Shown: positions 1-8,674 of the stretch, piece by piece
Numbering within the stretch: position 1 is the stretch's first letter
Layout of the letters: every line of letters begins with the position of its first letter
Virus record (IMG/VR): IMGVR_UViG_3300018080_000186
Span: 1 to 62,665 of that record
Strand: one strand, 5' to 3'
DNA: 62,665 nt
Source of the DNA: a virus
Taxonomy: Duplodnaviria; Caudoviricetes
Notes under the pieces: model-generated
Told to the model about the DNA's origin: nothing
Seen by the model: the letters and a program-made list of their open reading frames with translations, nothing else
The model's database searches: none
Program-made: the position numbers and the translations under genes

Positions 1-123
1 CAACCCCCTTCGCATCTACAGCGGCTACGGCAAGGTCAAGGTCTCCCTCGGCATCATGCTCCCGGCCCTCGTCGGCGGCACCGGTGCTCTGGGTTCGACC
101 CTTCTCATGCGGGCGTTCGTGCC
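1..123. repeat. Terminal direct repeat, left copy (circular assembly overlap)
   Basis: Bases 1-123 are identical to 62543-62665; the ORF starting at 62490 continues in frame into 124-610. Confidence 0.97.
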
Positions 124-610
124 CCCGGAGAAGAAGGACGAGTCGGGCAACGCCATCATCGAGGACGGGAAGCCCAAGCTGAATCCGTTCTGGAAGTACG
201 CCGGCCTCATCGGCGGCGGCATCGGCGTCGTGGCATCCTGCATCCTGGGTCCGTTCCAGGGATGGGGCGCGGCCGTCGCCGGTGGCATCACCGCGGCCAT
301 GGCGGGGCTCACGGCCCAGTTCGCCAACATGGTCGTGCCCGAGGAGAAGCGTCACCTCGCGCAGTACGGTCGCCGCTACGGAGCGGTCACCTCGATCCCG
401 GCCAGGGATCGGACGGCGCGGGTCAACGTGATGTCCGGTCTCGGTCGCAAGGGTCTCGGCTCGGGCCAGGGCAACGGCTTCGGCCTCGTCTACGCCCAGG
501 AGACCGGTGGCCAGCAGGCAGGACGCACCCCCGGCGGGTTCATGCCCGAGGCCGTCACGGCGCAGGCCAACATGGCCGCCTTCGGGACCGGCACCGGGAT
601 GGGCTTCTAG
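2..610 (+). CDS. 3' part of a junction-spanning membrane/core protein (full gene 62490-62542 + 1-610, ~220 aa)
   Basis: In frame with the ATG at 62490 (RBS AAGGAGG). Basic N-terminus, Gly-rich hydrophobic helices, motifs YKGYG/YSGYG/MSGLG. Lies directly upstream of the capsid candidate. Confidence 0.85.
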   Translation, partial: NPLRIYSGYGKVKVSLGIMLPALVGGTGALGSTLLMRAFVPPEKKDESGNAIIEDGKPKLNPFWKYAGLIGGGIGVVASCILGPFQGWGAAVAGGITAAMAGLTAQFANMVVPEEKRHLAQYGRRYGAVTSIPARDRTARVNVMSGLGRKGLGSGQGNGFGLVYAQETGGQQAGRTPGGFMPEAVTAQANMAAFGTGTGMGF

Positions 611-670
611 CCCGTCTGACGACAACGCAACGAGCCACGGTTTAACCGTGCACTGAGAAGGAGACAAGTC

Positions 671-1357
671 ATGGCATCAGTCGACAGTGTCCGTCTAGCG
701 ACGGGTCAGATTTTCGACATCACCGACTTCGGTCATTACCCTCTGTGGTCCACGTTCGCGGGGATCATGGCGGGGATGCCGAGCGAGGGTGTCTGGGCAT
801 TCAACTACACCACCGGCCAGACCATTCCGGGCACGAACCGGAGGGCCAACGAGCTGGACACGAACCTGAGCTCGGCCAACCAGGGCCTGGGCTACGCCGA
901 GGAGATGATGGTCTACTCCGTCACCCTCGAGCTGCCCCAGCGTCCCGGCCTGCAGGATCCCGAGGAGCAGGAGCAGCCGGACAACCTGCTGCTCCACGAC
1001 ATGCAGATCCTCGCGGAGCGGTCCCTGTTCCAGTTCTACGTGACGCGCAAGGTCTACACCGAGGGCGTCATCACCCGCTACCCCTTCGGTGGCGGCCTCT
1101 GGGCGGAGACCAACATCAACAACGCGGAGCTCGTCAACAACGGGTTCCCGGTGGCCGGTGCACAGCGCCCGCTCGCGCTGCCCATCCACCTGATGTCCGA
1201 GGAGCCGTTCTACGCGCTGCTCCGGTTCTTCCCCGATTCGGGAACCCTCCTGAACACGTTCCAGGAGGAGACCCCCGGGGATCCCGAGTCCCGCGTGGAG
1301 GTCGGCTACGACATCCGGTGCTGGCTCGACGGCATCCGTCGGCGCCCGGTGGCGTAG
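671..1357 (+). CDS. Putative major capsid protein (single jelly-roll candidate)
   Basis: RBS AAGGAG, beta-strand-type sequence pattern (LPIHL..F..LLRF, WLDG.RRRPV C-terminus), followed by a strong hairpin. The fold is inferred from pattern and context only. Confidence 0.6.
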   Translation: MASVDSVRLATGQIFDITDFGHYPLWSTFAGIMAGMPSEGVWAFNYTTGQTIPGTNRRANELDTNLSSANQGLGYAEEMMVYSVTLELPQRPGLQDPEEQEQPDNLLLHDMQILAERSLFQFYVTRKVYTEGVITRYPFGGGLWAETNINNAELVNNGFPVAGAQRPLALPIHLMSEEPFYALLRFFPDSGTLLNTFQEETPGDPESRVEVGYDIRCWLDGIRRRPVA

Positions 1358-1381
1358 CCACGGCCTGACCGCGATCTCGAT

Positions 1382-1477
1382 GTGGCCTGGTCACCCGCCG
1401 CCCTGGCGGGTGGCCAGTGCCACTGATGAACCTGACCAACGCCTCGCGACCATAGGTCGTGTGTGCGTGGTGACAGG
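1382..1477 (+). promoter_or_regulatory. Intergenic hairpins after the capsid candidate; the second overlaps the RBS of the next gene
   Basis: CTGGTCACCCGCC (1387-1399) pairs with GGCGGGTGGCCAG (1405-1417). CCTG (1431-1434) / CAGG (1474-1477) closes a second stem that takes in part of the CAGGAGG RBS. Confidence 0.65.
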
Positions 1478-1485
1478 AGGACACA

Positions 1486-2337
1486 GTGGGACGACCAACC
1501 ATCATGTTTCAGCGCCTGGCCGTACCGGCGAGCCCCGCTGCGGTTCCCGCCGGTGCCCCCGGCTTGCTGCAGCGAACGGAGCCTTCCTTCTTCTCGGCCC
1601 CCGAGGCCATGAAGGTCGACTACATGTTCGTGGACAGCGAGAATGGCAACAGCGGCGACATCGTCATCCGCCCGTTCTTGCACGAGCGTGAGTTTTGGGT
1701 GGAGGAGCCAGTGCTTCCGTCCACCTACAACAACCTCGCTCGGGTTTCGGACTCGGACGACTACGGCGAGTGGTGGCTCGATGAGCCCTTCCTCGCCGTT
1801 CGCGGCCACGCCATCGGCATCGAGATCCAGAACCGATTCGCAGGAATGGCGACGGGTCTCATCGTGACGATGCAGGGCGTGGGAAGCGAGAGCGGTCGGG
1901 AGTACTCCCTGAGGTTCGACTGCAACGTTCCTCCGGGAACGGTCAACGGGGTGCAGCAGGCCTACGGGGGTCGGGACTCCTACGTGTCCGGTCGCGAAGA
2001 TGTCTGGATCCGTTGCATCACCTGGGCCCGCAAGCCGGGAAATCCCGACGAGGAAGGCGTGCCATTCGGGTTCGATCCGAGGCTCATCGGAATGCAGATC
2101 AAGCCGAGCTACGGCGTGAAGTGGAGTGGGCCCGGTGGCGGTGGCGCAGGCGGATCGTTCATTCCCCTGATCGTCATGAGCAACATCCGTGGCCCGCGGG
2201 CGGCTTGCTTCTACAAGCCGAGCAAGGATCTCGTACTGGAGCAGAACGATGTCTTCGGCATGGAGGTCTTCCCGTACACCCCGAACAACCCGACCGACGC
2301 TCTCATCGCCCTGGTCGGAACCACGATCTCGGAGTAG
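1486..2337 (+). CDS. Second capsid-like protein, possible tandem (double) jelly-roll
   Basis: GTG start with GGAGG RBS. The two halves end in similar patterns (LDEPFLAVRGHAIGIEIQN...VTMQG vs PSKDLVLEQNDVFGMEVFP...IALVG). Confidence 0.5.
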   Translation: MGRPTIMFQRLAVPASPAAVPAGAPGLLQRTEPSFFSAPEAMKVDYMFVDSENGNSGDIVIRPFLHEREFWVEEPVLPSTYNNLARVSDSDDYGEWWLDEPFLAVRGHAIGIEIQNRFAGMATGLIVTMQGVGSESGREYSLRFDCNVPPGTVNGVQQAYGGRDSYVSGREDVWIRCITWARKPGNPDEEGVPFGFDPRLIGMQIKPSYGVKWSGPGGGGAGGSFIPLIVMSNIRGPRAACFYKPSKDLVLEQNDVFGMEVFPYTPNNPTDALIALVGTTISE

Positions 2338-2341
2338 GGAC

Positions 2342-2749
2342 ATGGGCGAGCGGCATACCGATACGCAGTACAAGAGGGTCCAGGTCTTCAACACGGCGAC
2401 CCAGGTCCTCGTCATGGCCAACCGGAAGCGCCGCGTCCACCTGAACATCGGAACGCTTGCGCCCCCGATCTTCATTTCGGAAACACCAGATGTGACGGCA
2501 GGCACTGGCAGGCTCGTGAACAGGTGGAAGGGGCTCGACTACGATCTGGGTCCTGGGGAATTGCTGTACGCCGTGACGGTGGGGCCCTTTGGATCCGTTC
2601 TCTTCGTGACGGTGACGGACAAGCAAGATGAAGGACAGTTCACAGACGATGGGTCAGGCATTGAGGGAGCTCTCGGTGGTGGAGGGGACTCTGAGAAGGA
2701 CCCTCCCACAGCTCCACGCCCTGGCTCAGAGAGAACTGCTCGCGGCTGA
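2342..2749 (+). CDS. Small beta-rich protein, penton/minor capsid candidate
   Basis: ATG at 2342 after an RBS. Pattern VL..N.KR...LNIG..PIFI....V..G.G......LYAV is typical of small jelly-roll virion proteins (inference). Confidence 0.45.
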   Translation: MGERHTDTQYKRVQVFNTATQVLVMANRKRRVHLNIGTLAPPIFISETPDVTAGTGRLVNRWKGLDYDLGPGELLYAVTVGPFGSVLFVTVTDKQDEGQFTDDGSGIEGALGGGGDSEKDPPTAPRPGSERTARG

Positions 2750-3407
2750 CCTCAACGGGTACGCCAATCTACGCGAGCACTGGGTTTACGCCCTGAGGGT
2801 GTGCTGCGCCTTCATGCAGGAGAAGGGTGTGCCCGAGCAGTTCGTCTCGCAGATCTACGAAACGGTTCCAGAGGTGCCGGATCTGATGAGCTACGCCGTC
2901 AACGCCCCACCTCCCTCGGCAATCCTGCAGCAGGTGGGGGAGTTGTTCCCGGAGTGGGTGAGGACGTTCGCTGCGGACACCCCCCTGCTCGAGCGCGGAA
3001 CGACGACGGTGGCCACCAGCCAGTCGGTCGATCCCGAGGGAGCCGACATCAAGAGGCTGCTGTACCAGTTGGAATCCCATGGCCACGGAGCCGTCCTCGA
3101 GGAGGTGGTGCAGGGGGAGATCTGGGGCATCCCGATCGAGAACACCGTGAAGGTCTCCTTGAGGATGGCGGCGGCGTTCGACCTCTACGTGGATCTCCGT
3201 CTCGGATCCGTTCCCCAGCAGTCCGCACCCAGGAAGAGGTTCTTCATCGATCCGGCATGGATACTCCTCGGCCTCTCAGGGGCAACCGTGGCGGCCCACG
3301 CGGCCGGCGAGGTGCTGAGCTCGAGAGCCAGGGCGCAGCAGCAGGGAAAGAAGCGCAGCAAAAGCGTCAGCGAGCTCGCAGAGTTCATCAGGCAGCAGGA
3401 GGGGTAG
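2628..3407 (+). CDS. Membrane-anchored protein
   Basis: C-terminal hydrophobic helix (AWILLGLSGATVAA) followed by a basic segment. Confidence 0.6.
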   Translation: MKDSSQTMGQALRELSVVEGTLRRTLPQLHALAQRELLAADLNGYANLREHWVYALRVCCAFMQEKGVPEQFVSQIYETVPEVPDLMSYAVNAPPPSAILQQVGELFPEWVRTFAADTPLLERGTTTVATSQSVDPEGADIKRLLYQLESHGHGAVLEEVVQGEIWGIPIENTVKVSLRMAAAFDLYVDLRLGSVPQQSAPRKRFFIDPAWILLGLSGATVAAHAAGEVLSSRARAQQQGKKRSKSVSELAEFIRQQEG

Positions 3408-3410
3408 AAG

Positions 3411-3605
3411 ATGACAGTGGTCGTCAAGACAAAGGGAGGAGCCGTTCTGGGGCTCCTGGCGAGCATCGGTAGGGCGGTGGCCACCGGGATGTCGGCGGCG
3501 AAGGATGTGGATGAGGGGTGTGACTCGTGTCCTGACGATCCCCCTCCTCGGAGACGGCGCCAGAGGCCTCGGCCGAGGATCCGGCCGCACAGGAGGAGAC
3601 GATGA
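3411..3605 (+). CDS. Small Arg-rich hypothetical protein
   Basis: Has an RBS, is translationally coupled to the next gene, and ends in an Arg-rich tail. Confidence 0.55.
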   Translation: MTVVVKTKGGAVLGLLASIGRAVATGMSAAKDVDEGCDSCPDDPPPRRRRQRPRPRIRPHRRRR

Positions 3606-4276
3606 CTCTCGAGCAGGCAATGGGCATCATCGCCCGGGTGCAAATGGCCCTGATTTCTCACGGCTACAGCATCGGATCCTGGGGCCCATGCGGGGACGGG
3701 CTCGACGGACGTTGGGGGCCCGACACCCAGGAGGGGTGGAATGCGGCCATGTCGAACGCCGGGTTGCCGGCGACGTCCTCCGGCGATCTGCTCGCGGCCC
3801 TGAGCATCTCCGAGTTCGACGCGATGACCCTGCAGACCGCGATCACGGCCTGGAATCAGTGGCGCAGCCAGCAGGACCGCTCGAGGATGGACTACCACAC
3901 CACGGCCAACGCGGCCCTCGAGGCGGCGACCGGGATCAACGAGTCCACCTGCGTCGGCATGGAGCAGGCCGACAACGGTGTCCCTCCCGATCTCTACTCG
4001 CCCCCGCAGGAGAAGAAAGGAACGCTGCTGTGGCTCTGGATCCTGCTCGGCGTCGCCGGTGCCATCGCGGCCGGTGGAGGCGTCTGGTACTGGACCCAGT
4101 ACAAGAAGCGCAAGAAGCGCAAGAAGCGCAGTGGGATGAACGGGTACTCGGGTGGCGAGCAGGAGGATGACTCGGCCGGTCCAGAGATCACGGAGGCCGA
4201 GTTCTCTGGCCAGGGTGAGTTCACCTATGGCACCGACGAGGACTACGTGGACGAGGGCGACGAGGAGTACACCTGA
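3602..4276 (+). CDS. Peptidoglycan-binding-like domain membrane protein
   Basis: VQMALISHGY...DGRWGPDT matches the PG_binding_1 pattern. TM helix followed by KKRKKRKKR and an acidic tail. Confidence 0.7.
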   Translation: MTLEQAMGIIARVQMALISHGYSIGSWGPCGDGLDGRWGPDTQEGWNAAMSNAGLPATSSGDLLAALSISEFDAMTLQTAITAWNQWRSQQDRSRMDYHTTANAALEAATGINESTCVGMEQADNGVPPDLYSPPQEKKGTLLWLWILLGVAGAIAAGGGVWYWTQYKKRKKRKKRSGMNGYSGGEQEDDSAGPEITEAEFSGQGEFTYGTDEDYVDEGDEEYT

Positions 4277-4314
4277 ACGGGTGAATGACTGCCCGTGGGG
4301 CAGTGAGGTAGAAC

Positions 4315-5040
4315 ATGACGGAACCACTGGACAAGAGAATCAAGAAGATCCTGAAGGACCTCTACCCGGGACTCACGGAGATCCAGATCGTGATTGCGAC
4401 CTACGGCATCGACTTCGACGTGCCACACTACCACGGTCGCATCCCGGACTCCTGCGAGCTCATCGATCTGCAGGCACTCAGGATCGTCCTCGAGGCCCTC
4501 GGCGTGGTGTTCCCCTCGCCTGGCCCGAACGAGGCGATCCTTCTCGATGGCACCGTTCTCGACTCCTCGATCGTTGATCCCCCGATCCGCGTCGAGGGAG
4601 CTCCCGCGACATACCCCATCGAGAGCAGCAGCCTCTACACGAGGGTGAGAAACGTGTGGTTCCCCTTGGATCTCACGTCCATGAAGACGTTCGCCCTGGT
4701 GACTGGCATTCGCCAGGGCATCATCAACCCCGTCGTCGGGGAGGCTGCCGACATCACGGGCAACAAGATCCTGGACATCATCTCCCTCGAGGGGGTGTCC
4801 GTGCCCGCGGGAACCGAGGTCCACTTCGTTCCGGCGAACCCGAACTGGCTGACAGAGGAAGGCCTTCGGGGGCGCACATGGAGATGGACGTTCGGATCGG
4901 GGCCCAACCAGGTCACCGAATACCCGATCGCGCAGAACCTGTACTCCGTGCCTGGCACATACACCGTGACCCTGACAGGAAGCACCGACGAGCAGGGTGA
5001 CATCTCGATCGTGAAGACGAACTACCTCACGGTCACGTAG
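4315..5040 (+). CDS. PKD (Ig-like) domain protein, putative vertex/spike component
   Basis: C-terminal WRWTFGSG...Y..PGTYTVTLT...KTNYLTV matches the PKD signature. Confidence 0.75.
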   Translation: MTEPLDKRIKKILKDLYPGLTEIQIVIATYGIDFDVPHYHGRIPDSCELIDLQALRIVLEALGVVFPSPGPNEAILLDGTVLDSSIVDPPIRVEGAPATYPIESSSLYTRVRNVWFPLDLTSMKTFALVTGIRQGIINPVVGEAADITGNKILDIISLEGVSVPAGTEVHFVPANPNWLTEEGLRGRTWRWTFGSGPNQVTEYPIAQNLYSVPGTYTVTLTGSTDEQGDISIVKTNYLTVT

Positions 5041-5050
5041 GAGAAGATCC

Positions 5051-5350
5051 ATGGCAGACATCATGCTGAACCAGGTCGAGGTATCAAGGGCCGTCGGGGA
5101 GTTCGAGGTCGACACGGGAGACATGATCACCGTCGAGGCACCCATTCGCTTTCCCATCCGGCAGTCGCTGGATTTCCCGGAGCTGCAGACCGTGATCACG
5201 CCATTGAACGACTTCGCGCAGGACTACCAGCTCGAGGTGGCGTCCCAGGCCAACGACACGGGATTCATCACCTTCAACTTCACCAACCACACGGGGGGTG
5301 GACCCGACACCGGAGAGTTCCGTCTCGAGGTCCGCAAGACAAGAGGATAG
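5051..5350 (+). CDS. Small beta-rich structural protein candidate
   Basis: GGAG RBS, tightly packed in the operon. Confidence 0.6.
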   Translation: MADIMLNQVEVSRAVGEFEVDTGDMITVEAPIRFPIRQSLDFPELQTVITPLNDFAQDYQLEVASQANDTGFITFNFTNHTGGGPDTGEFRLEVRKTRG

Positions 5351-5386
5351 ACGCCCGCACAGGGCTGAACCAAGAGGAGAAGAGAC

Positions 5387-5776
5387 ATGGCCGCATCAGC
5401 AACAGTCGTCAAGACCCAGTACGGTGGAGCCTACAAGCGCGGAGTCTGGGTCAACGTCACCGATCCCGACGTGCCGGGTCCGGGATACCAGAAGGTCACG
5501 ATCCCCTACGACCTCGCCGGGGATCCCGAGGAGCGCCTCGACTACGTCCGCACCCAGGTGCCGAACCCGAAGGACGAGCAGGATCTCCTGGGCCCGCAGA
5601 TCGACCTCAGGGCCGGTCAGATTCCCGTGGTCGGTCCTCCCATCGATCACCTCTGGGAGGTCGAGGACGACGGTGCCGGCGGATGGAACATCGTGCTGTA
5701 CGCATTCCTCGCCGCGCAGGGCGCCACGTTCACCTGCTTCGTGGAGTACGGGAAGGCCTTCTCCACCGAGAAGTGA
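5387..5776 (+). CDS. Small beta-rich structural protein candidate
   Basis: GAGGAG RBS, tightly packed in the operon. Confidence 0.6.
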   Translation: MAASATVVKTQYGGAYKRGVWVNVTDPDVPGPGYQKVTIPYDLAGDPEERLDYVRTQVPNPKDEQDLLGPQIDLRAGQIPVVGPPIDHLWEVEDDGAGGWNIVLYAFLAAQGATFTCFVEYGKAFSTEK

Positions 5777-5922
5777 TCGCTTCCCCGTGGAAGCGAGAGC
5801 TTCTGACGGGGTGAAAACATAGGTCGAACAGCGGCTAGTCCACTGGGGCTGGCGCATCGGACGACCGGGACGACAGTCGAAACATCACGCCTGATCCTCC
5901 TGGTTGTCCACCAGGAGGTCGC
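5777..5922 (+). promoter_or_regulatory. Structured intergenic leader with an RBS-occluding hairpin
   Basis: TCGCTTCC/GGAAGCGA stem (5777-5796). CCTCCTGGT (5896-5904) pairs perfectly with ACCAGGAGG (5910-5918), which contains the SD of the 5923 gene. Confidence 0.6.
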
Positions 5923-6744
5923 ATGATCAACCTCACCACAGCCTACGGTGGGTCCGGCTACGGCTCCTACGCTGGGATCTGGGATGACACCCAGACCTGG
6001 ATCCTCGAGACTCTGCCCTCGTGGATGACCGGGGTGATGCCCATCGACGTCCCCGAGGGCGAGGCGGGAGTCATCGCCATGGGGGAGATCCTCGACAGCA
6101 TCGACCCTGGCCAGAAGGTTCTGCTCTCGGCGCGGGCCCAGATGGCCCTGTGGACGATGCTCAAGAGATCTGCCGACAGCCTGGACCGGCAGTTCGTGGC
6201 CACGGCCGATGTGGGTGGCCCCACCGGCGAGACCATCCGCGGCTACCTCGAGCAGCAGAAGCAGGAGCTCATGAACCAGGCCCAGCAGCTCGTGAACCTC
6301 AGCAACGCTGCCTTCGACCGAGGGATCCCCGAGGCGAACATGGGCGAGTGGTTCCCTGAGGAGAGCTCGAGGACGGCCGGCGCCGCGGCCGTGGCCGTTT
6401 CCTCGCCGGTGATCTACCTCGTGCTCGCCATCGCCATCCCCGTGGCCATCGTCGCGGTGGCCATCGCCGGCGCCATCGTCTGGACCAAGTACCTCGACAT
6501 CGGCCAGCAGGAGCACGAGCTCGCGCTGCTCCCGGACGCGGAGGCCAAGATGGCCTACCTGAGCCGGAAGTTCGCTGCCGAAGCATCCGCGAAGAAGGAT
6601 GGATTCCCCTGGCCCTGGGTCATCGGGATCGGAGCGGCTGGCGTTGGCCTGGTGCTCCTCGTCTCCTGGGCCGAGGGAACCCTCGGGCGGTGGGTCAAGA
6701 AGCTCTCGACGGGAACCGGACGATCTCTCTACAGCATCAGGTGA
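5923..6744 (+). CDS. Membrane protein with two TM helices
   Basis: N-terminal AYGGSGYG motif, two hydrophobic helices, KKDGFPW juxtamembrane motif. Confidence 0.75.
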   Translation: MINLTTAYGGSGYGSYAGIWDDTQTWILETLPSWMTGVMPIDVPEGEAGVIAMGEILDSIDPGQKVLLSARAQMALWTMLKRSADSLDRQFVATADVGGPTGETIRGYLEQQKQELMNQAQQLVNLSNAAFDRGIPEANMGEWFPEESSRTAGAAAVAVSSPVIYLVLAIAIPVAIVAVAIAGAIVWTKYLDIGQQEHELALLPDAEAKMAYLSRKFAAEASAKKDGFPWPWVIGIGAAGVGLVLLVSWAEGTLGRWVKKLSTGTGRSLYSIR

Positions 6745-6747
6745 TCT

Positions 6748-7584
6748 GTGAAGTGGAACCAGAAAGCGGAGAGAGCGACCTACGGGTTCTCGATCTGGGT
6801 TGGTGCTGAAGGGGCGCCTCCTCTCCCGGATTCGTTCATCGACACGATCATCGCCATGACGGGGCCGGTGGAGGCGGAGGAGCTCGAGATCCCGTCCTAC
6901 TTCAGAGGTCCTCCCCCGACCTACATCCTCACCGGCTCCATCATGACCGACCGGGCGGCCTCGGAGCTCGCATCCATGGAGATGCCGCTGCTGCCCTGGA
7001 CGGACAAGGTGCCGATGGTGGCCGTGGATGGCCGGATGGTCCAGTTCATGATGACCACCTGGGGAGAGAAGATCGAGGCGCACCTCACCGAGATCGAGGC
7101 GATGCTCGGTGAAGGAGGTCCCCTCGCCGGGATCCTCTACGCTGCCTTCAACAACTACATCAGCGAGTACAAGTTCCTCATCAATGAAACATCGCGCCTG
7201 GTAGACGCGGCGAACGTCGCCGGTGTCCCCATCTGGCAGCAGGTCCATGCCCTCGTCGGCGGTGCGTCCGGGATGTTCATGCCGACCTACGTCATGATGC
7301 CCGCCACGGTCATCGAGGCATGGGCCCTCATGTACCTCGATGCAGGAGAGCTCCAGGGTGCGGTGCAGCTCTCGCTGATGAACGGGGAGCCAGAGGAACT
7401 CGTTCTCTACTACGCCAACGAGGTTACGCAGACCAGTCAGAGGGGCAAGGTCAGCGGTCCCATGCTCGTCGGGATCGCGGCCCTTGGAATGACCGCCGTG
7501 GGAATGTACGTGGCGGTACGCACGGGCGCAACGGGTCAAAAGACCCACACAGGAGAGGTGAGACGTGAGGGATCTGGTCAGTAA
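6748..7584 (+). CDS. C-terminally anchored membrane protein
   Basis: C-terminal TM helix (MLVGIAALGMTAVGMYVAV). Confidence 0.7.
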   Translation: MKWNQKAERATYGFSIWVGAEGAPPLPDSFIDTIIAMTGPVEAEELEIPSYFRGPPPTYILTGSIMTDRAASELASMEMPLLPWTDKVPMVAVDGRMVQFMMTTWGEKIEAHLTEIEAMLGEGGPLAGILYAAFNNYISEYKFLINETSRLVDAANVAGVPIWQQVHALVGGASGMFMPTYVMMPATVIEAWALMYLDAGELQGAVQLSLMNGEPEELVLYYANEVTQTSQRGKVSGPMLVGIAALGMTAVGMYVAVRTGATGQKTHTGEVRREGSGQ

Positions 7585-8023
7585 CGTCAGGCAGAAGCTC
7601 GCAGCGAAGGTGGACACCAGGGCGAAGGCATATCGCGGGCCTCGACACAAGGCTGCGCGGACGAAGCATCCGCTGGTGAGGAAGAGCAATCGGAGGGCCA
7701 ATGCAACCCTGGCCCTTTTGAACCCCAACAGGACTCCTCGCCCTCGGGTGAGCGTCAACAAGAATCAGGTGCAGCCGAACCAGAGGATTCACACCAAGGC
7801 GAGCCCTCCCCCGAAGCTCATCACGAAGAGTGGGCGACAAAAGAAGAAGCGTTCGCTTTATGGACCGAAGGGGTACATAGGGGAGGCTGAGGTCTTGGCT
7901 GTCAAGAACGCACACTTCAGCAGGGGAGGGGATGCGAGGTTCAAGGTCAGGATCGAGGGAAAGTGTGAAGGATGGGCCAAGGTGACAGGGGCCGGCAATC
8001 TGAAACTCATCTCTCGGAAGTAG
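7565..8023 (+). CDS. Highly basic protein, core/DNA-binding candidate
   Basis: GGAGAGG RBS, Lys/Arg-rich composition. Confidence 0.6.
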   Translation: MRDLVSNVRQKLAAKVDTRAKAYRGPRHKAARTKHPLVRKSNRRANATLALLNPNRTPRPRVSVNKNQVQPNQRIHTKASPPPKLITKSGRQKKKRSLYGPKGYIGEAEVLAVKNAHFSRGGDARFKVRIEGKCEGWAKVTGAGNLKLISRK

Positions 8024-8035
8024 AAGGAGAACACC

Positions 8036-8401
8036 ATGGCCGCAGAAATCATGACAGACATCGGTGCGAACGTTTCGATTGCGGAGATCCAGGACATCGC
8101 CGCCGGCGGATTCTCGGAGGTCAGGATCACGAACCCCGGGATCATGTCCATCGCCGCGAAGGTCCACCCGCCGCCTCTGGCCGAGCCGAACCCGGGAGTC
8201 TACGAGCTCACCGGGATCGTGACGCAGCTCACGAACCAGACGACGAGCGGATGGCACGTCGAGAACTTCGCCTGGGTTGTGGACCCGAACGGCAAGCCGA
8301 TCGCGATCGAGTTCGAGCTCCACAACGACGCGCCCGCCAACCCCGGGGACACCCTCTCCGTGAGGTTGACGGCGAAGCGCCACTTCAGCCCCACGAGGTA
8401 G
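8036..8401 (+). CDS. Small beta-rich structural protein candidate
   Basis: AAGGAG RBS, alternating beta-strand pattern. Confidence 0.65.
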   Translation: MAAEIMTDIGANVSIAEIQDIAAGGFSEVRITNPGIMSIAAKVHPPPLAEPNPGVYELTGIVTQLTNQTTSGWHVENFAWVVDPNGKPIAIEFELHNDAPANPGDTLSVRLTAKRHFSPTR

Positions 8402-8404
8402 CCG

Positions 8405-8671
8405 ATGGAGCTCGTTGCCTACGGCGGGTACGGGGATGTGCAGGACGAGATCCCTGATGTCGCACTGGAGCGCCAACAGCTCTACGAGGAGCGCCTCGCT
8501 CGTGCGACCGAGGCGGCCATGGTCGCCGCATCGCAGGCCGAGATCAACGCAGCCCTCGCCGCCCAGGCCCAGGAGACCAATCACTCCATCATCATGGGGT
8601 TCGTGGGAACAGGGGCCGTGGGTATCATGGTGTGGGCCCTGAGCATGGCCTTCACTCATCGCAAGAGGTGA
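8405..8671 (+). CDS. Small C-terminally anchored membrane protein
   Basis: N-terminal LVAYGGYG, C-terminal TM helix followed by HRKR. Confidence 0.7.
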   Translation: MELVAYGGYGDVQDEIPDVALERQQLYEERLARATEAAMVAASQAEINAALAAQAQETNHSIIMGFVGTGAVGIMVWALSMAFTHRKR

Positions 8672-8674
8672 ACG

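Noticed and set aside
1-123. 123-bp terminal repeat as a biological direct terminal repeat
   Set aside because: It falls in the middle of a gene and is an exact overlap, as expected from assembling a circular (or circularly permuted) molecule.
880-900. NQGLG in the capsid candidate, and GLG/GYG in early proteins (DnaJ CNGLG, RuvC LVGLG, ASCH IYGYG), as cleavage sites
   Set aside because: They lie inside predicted folded domains or known motifs. They show the background rate that the motif-enrichment test must exceed.
1423-1480. CTGATGA followed by a hairpin as a hammerhead ribozyme
   Set aside because: There is no GAAA after the putative stem II and no stem III/NUH arrangement.
5647-7761. 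Long minus-strand ORFs (this one, 7451-9085, 50543-52705, 56420-58450 and similar)
   Set aside because: They are antisense shadows of well-supported + strand genes in high-GC DNA, with no RBS or recognisable motifs.
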